This document shows, in pieces, positions 59,061 through 64,000 of a stretch of DNA of 64,000 nt; the first letter of the stretch is position 1, and each line of letters begins with the position of its first letter. This stretch comes from Camelus dromedarius. Taxonomy: Eukaryota. The position numbers were made by a program, and so were the translations under genes. Under the pieces are notes generated by a model. It did not search any database. It saw nothing but the letters and a program-made list of their open reading frames with translations, and was not told the DNA's origin. Location: assembly GCF_036321535.1 (NCBI RefSeq), contig NC_087443.1, positions 81,778,001-81,842,000 on the forward strand. The letters run 5' to 3'.

Positions 59061-61080
59061 TGGGTGATCATAACAGAGGCAATCTAAAAGCAGCATGTTC
59101 CAGTGGAAGAAAGAATTTCAAAATTCTGGGCCCAAAATGGCACAGAAGATTCTTCCGGGTGCCTACTGCCCCCAACACTCACAAAGAAGTCACCATCGTC
59201 CTTAAGGAGATTCTCAGCCGTCCCCCTGAACAACGTGAAGGACACAGTAAGTCAACCCCGAGGGCAGCCACCCCCTCCTGCCATTTTCGTAAAGAAGGAA
59301 AAAATGCAGTTTAGCTTCTGGATCGCTCTTCATTCTTTGCCTTTTAATTTTAGATAGATGTGTTTCCTAGCCACTAACCTGGTTGTAAGGATTGGAAATT
59401 GGGGGAGTAATATGGATACTATCATACCTGAAACTCGGGACAAAGTCGGCCAAGTTCTTGGGAAGAAATTTCCTCGGCAACTCCGTTGTCCGTAAGTGAA
59501 CTCCGACTTTGGCAAAACTTAATATTACAGAGACCTGTTTCCTGGTTCCAGGTAGCAGTTCTCCGAGGAAGTCGACACTCAAGACAGAATGTGGATGCGA
59601 GTGAAGCCCGTGGGGGAGTCGGCCTGTCCTGTGTGGTCCACGTACAGGGGACCATCAAGGGCACATCCCACTGCCCCCCACCCCACTTCGCATTCAGATG
59701 GAGAACACAGCAAGGTGCCCTGAGTTAAGGGTCACCCCGTCCTGGACGTGAACATCAGCAGAACTCATCTCGTGCCCCAGCGAACGGCACGGCGGCCGAG
59801 AAGTGCAGAGGCACCCAGGCCACTTTGATGAGTGTGACTGTCGCCGTTACTCCAAGTTTGGGCGGGTCCTGCGAAGAAAGGCGGTTACTCTGCGACGCTT
59901 GGCTGACCCAAGTTCCTCCTTTACCTGAGAATGACTTCCCACCCAGTGTGCAGGTTTGGAGGTGGTTTATCCAGAGGAGAGACATGCTTGGGGTGCATTT
60001 CCAGCCTGGGAGGGCCAGGGGGCCAGCGATGGGACGTGCCCACCACACACTCGGAGGGGCAGTCAGGTGGGGAGACACACAAATGTGGGAAACCTGTCTC
60101 GGGTGAACTGTGAGTGCCCTGAGATGGAAACACAGACAGGGGTCAGTGGGGAGAGAGAGAGGAAGAAAGATGCATGGAGGGAGGGAGGATCCTCTGAAGG
60201 GCTGAGTGAGGAGGGTCTGTAGGTTCTGCTCCCCCAAACCTCCATCAGGCAGGCGAATGAACTATTCTCTTTCACAAGAAGACTTCAAATCGTCACTGTC
60301 TCCGTGAATCCTGACCCAGTGGGTTTTCTCTCACACTTTCGACAAAGTCTCCTGCCTCTGGCATCCTCACTGTAGCTGCAGGCTCACTGGACCAGCCTGG
60401 CAGGGCCTCCCTGGTGCGTCTGAGGCCGCCCTCCCTACCATGCAAATCCGGCACCTGGCAGCTCACCTGTCGGGGATGCAGGAGTCCTCTGAAACACCCT
60501 CCTGCCTGCCCAGGTGGACCACACCCCCCCCCGCTGCGCAGTTCACTCCTGGGTCAGACATGCGAGCCAGGAGCAGGCGACACTTCTTAGATTATTTCTG
60601 GGTGTTGGAGTCTTTGTCAGCCGTGGAGGCGGCGTGGATGGCAGGGTTTGCAGCTTGCTCAGGCAGAGCTGGTCTCCCGGCACTTGTCGTGAGCAGCTCC
60701 GTCCCCCGTACCCAGTCCTACCATGGCCGTCTCCTTGGAGACCGTCCTAGGAAGCTGACCTTGGGAACCAGGCTGGACCCTCCTGCAAAGCCAGCCCTGG
60801 GGCTGGATGTCTGACACTCGCAGAGGAGCATTTTATCAGAAGGAAATTACATGCCTCTTAATAAAAACATCAAAGTGTTTTTTGCTGCTTCTGGATTGAA
60901 AAATGATGTTTGTCATCGAGTGTCCTCAGTGGGCCAGCCATGGAAACGTGAGGACAGGTGACTCCAGACGCAGAGGTGACACAGTGGGGCTGGGCGGGAG
61001 TTGTCTAATGCAGCCATAACGTTTCCTCAAGCGTGAGGCACGGTGATTCGTTCCTGAAGTTTAATAAATGATACCAGAGG

Positions 61081-61300
61081 TTTTTTAAATTTATTTTTTT
61101 ATTGAAGGATAGTCAGTTACAATGTGTCAAATCTGGTGTACAGCATCATGTCGCAGTCATACATAAAAATACATATATTTGTTTTCATTTCTTTTTCCTA
61201 AAAGGTTATTACCAGATGTTGAATATAGTTCCCTGTGCTAAACAGAAGAAATTTGTTTTTTATCTTTTTTTATATATAGTAGTTAATATTTGCCAATCTT
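61081..61300 (-). mobile_element. Camelid-type L1 3' end
   Basis: TTTTTTATTGAAGGATAGTCAGTTACAATGTGTCAAATCTGGTGTACAGCATCATGTCGCAGTC...AGTAGTTAATATTTGCCAATCT. Confidence 0.9.
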
Positions 61301-63099
61301 GGCAAAGGAGATGCGGGAGTTTTGAATAATGTTTTGGTAGCTAACCATGAAGTGTCCGCTGCCCTGGCCCCGGTGGTGGGCTGGACTTGGTGGCGTGGGT
61401 CGGGGGCAGTTAGGCAGGCTGGTGGTGGCTGAGTTCACCGACCAGATGACCCGTGCACAAAGGGCAGTTTTAGGGTGAATCGGTTCATGGACCCGGAAGA
61501 GGATTCTTCTGTTTTAAGAGTTGATGGCCACAGAGAGAGGCTGGGAGGTCAGAGAGAAGGCAGGTGGCCCTCACCGCCGGGAGAAGGCTGGGAATTGGCC
61601 TGAGTGAGCTGCTTACAGTCTGCAAAGCGTGGACCACCTGGAACTCCCCAGTGGCCCATGAGAGGTGGGAAGGGCTCTGGGTACACACTTTACACGGTGG
61701 GTATGAACGCCGAGGCCCTGGGAAGCACCTGGCTGACCCGTCAGCACGCAGCTAGTGGACACCGGAGCGCAGGGCTCTGTCTTCGAAGCCCAGGGCATCT
61801 TCCACGGCTCTGAAGAGGGGACTGTGGAAAGGAAAGGACCCCGATGGGCAATCATAGATGGAACAAGATGGAGCAGGGCGGTGGGATCGCACAGGGCTGT
61901 GGGCCACGGGAGGGAAATGGGGCCGCCGCCCAGGAGCCCTCAGATCCCACCCGAAGCCGCGAGCGCGCAGCCAGCCAGCTCCCTGCTGGAGGCTGGACGG
62001 CACACGGGCACAGCTGACTGTTGCTTTGCAGTACGACTCTATACACAGAAGAGCTGTATTTTCAGTGGCTAACCCGTAACGCAGGTCTTCCAGGCATGGA
62101 AGTAACGCTTCCACCATCGCTACAATGTAATTTTACTCACGTTGCGTTCACGGCTCCCTGGCATCTCTGTGGTGGTGCTTTTACGCGTTTGCGTCTGTCT
62201 TCACAGCTCTGTGTGCGGAGCTGCTTTGAAGGTGAAAAGCACCCTATCAGATCTGAGTTTTGTTACTTTTCCCTTTAGGAAAAGAAACCCTAATGTGCTC
62301 ACCGGACAGCCAGAAGCGGGAAGGGCCCGCAGAGAGGGGGCCCCGCGCAGTGTCGGGGGCCCCACCGGTCAGGAGAGAGGAGGAGGGGCAGCCGTACGCA
62401 CATCGGCGTGCTGGGACGGCTCTCGGCCTGAGGTCCGGACGCCCGCCGGGGACCCCCCCGTGGCCGCCTTGCCCCTCACCCTTTTGTTCTTCGGGTACTT
62501 TTGACCTCAAGACTCACAGGCCGTCAGCCGTCAGCCGTCAGCTGTCAGCGTCCTTCTTATACGATGCGTATTTCTCTAAACATGAACGCGCTGGCGAGGT
62601 GCCCCCACGGGGCTGGGAGGCCCAGCCAGGGAAGACGTAGCCCTCAGTTACAATGGTCACAACGCGGGCCGCCTGCCGTGAAGGTCCGGGGACACCAACG
62701 CCAGACCCGACAGCCGAGACCGTGACAGTGTGGACGCGTGTGGGACCCCACAGCTCTCGCTGGGCGAGCCCGCTGGGCTCTGTGTGGTGAGGAACCAGCT
62801 CCCACGTGCGCAGAGCCTGCGGTAGCTGCTGTCTGGCTCCCCAGACACCGCCTTGCAATGTCGATTATTTAGGGCCGTGAGAACATTCTGGCACAAGTAC
62901 CGACACACAGTAGGTCTGATAAAGCCCAGAGCGGCCAGGGTGGAAGTGGTTCTGATTTAGCCATTGGATTTTCTGAAAGCGAAGGCATGGTGGTGCATCT
63001 AACACAGCGATGTTAGCTATGTGGGCGTTGAATAACTTTTTAGTAACTAATAAGAGTGTTAACTGTTTATAGGGACCAGTGATGGGCTGGCTTTGCTGA

Positions 63100-63500
63100 C
63101 AGATAAGGAGGAGGGCCCCTTAGACAAGCCCGGGTGGCTGTGAGGTGGGTGGGCTTGGAGAGGATGAGGCCGGAAATAGGCGGGGCAGCTGGGACGGGGA
63201 GGACTCGGGAGAAGGCGGTGGGTTCAGCCCCAGTGCTGACGCGCACGCCATGGGATTAGGGTGTCGGAGGGAACCTACTGGGTTTATGGCTGGAACTCCC
63301 GCTGGCCCAAGAGGTTTATTGGGATTTGGAGAGCCTGGGGGCGGCGGGGAGAAGTGAGAGATGCTCCCAGGTACCCTTGGGAGTGCCTGCAGGTTGCAGA
63401 TGGGAGAGAGGGGCCAGGAAGGGGCTGGTCAGAGAAGGAGTGGACGATGCAGGAGCCGCAGGAGAGAGCACAGGACCCCGAAAGGTGTGTCTGAGGGAGG
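63100..63500 (-). mobile_element. Possible L2 remnant
   Basis: Purine-rich, degenerate L2-like text; weak. Confidence 0.3.
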
Positions 63501-64000
63501 AGTTGAGGGGCTCCACCCAGACGGCGGCGCACTCACTGGGGCAGACCCTGCTGACTTGGGACAGGAGGAGACGCTGCCATCAGGGACCGGGGCCTCTCTG
63601 AGCTGACCTGGTCTGTGAGCTGAGCAGTAATTGCTGCATGAGCCCTTACCCCAGGGGGCTGACCTGGCCATGTGGCTCTAATCTTAAGCACTTCCTTTGT
63701 GCTGTGGCGACACCAGCGGAGGCCACAGGGCTGTCACCCACGGTGCCACCTCTTCTCCCTGAGAACAGAGCGGGGCTGGCCCCCTTCCAGCCCCGGCGCC
63801 CGCAGGACCGGTCTCATCAGTGGAGGGCGCGTGGAAGGGCGGCTGTCTGTCTGTGCTGGGTGCTGCAGCCCAGGGACACGGGGTGCACTTCTCTGTCCTC
63901 GGCTGCTGATGGGGCTCACAGGCTGCAGTGGAGGACCCGGAGGGGTGGCAAGGCCACCGGAGGGCCCCTGAATGACCACACAGCTCAGAGCCTCACTGTG

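Noticed and set aside
17-63979. Long ORFs in the track (e.g. 41166-42152, 51805-52650, 39339-40166, 12269-13033) as protein-coding genes
   Set aside because: Pro/Gly/Arg/Ala-rich low-information translations overlapping in several frames and on both strands, some starting inside SINEs. This is expected in GC-rich DNA with few stop codons; no recognisable domain.

Overview
Mammalian genomic DNA, most likely camelid (alpaca/llama/camel): it has three Vic-1-type tRNA-derived SINEs and many camelid/cetartiodactyl-type L1 3' ends. It is GC-rich and dense in interspersed repeats (young and ancient L1, L2, MIR, MLT1 and ERV1-class LTRs, an internally deleted Tigger1) plus microsatellites. I recognise no conserved protein-coding gene, rRNA, tRNA or CRISPR array. 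ORF-track entries are either L1 remnants or the stop-poor ORFs expected in GC-rich DNA. The most interesting signal is indirect evidence for an unidentified + strand spliced transcription unit across much of the window. (1) Several + strand candidate exons have strong splice signals; two flank an 83-nt intron and join in frame. (2) Young L1/SINE insertions are strongly antisense-biased (about 15 minus vs 2 plus). (3) Long G and T runs lie mostly on the + strand. (4) An octamer/AP-1/TATA module sits near 2.3-2.4 kb. Ancient L1 remnants show a marked AT-to-GC shift consistent with GC-biased gene conversion. Repeat family names come from recalled consensus sequences and boundaries are approximate unless a TSD is given. 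The gene model is a hypothesis, not an annotation.
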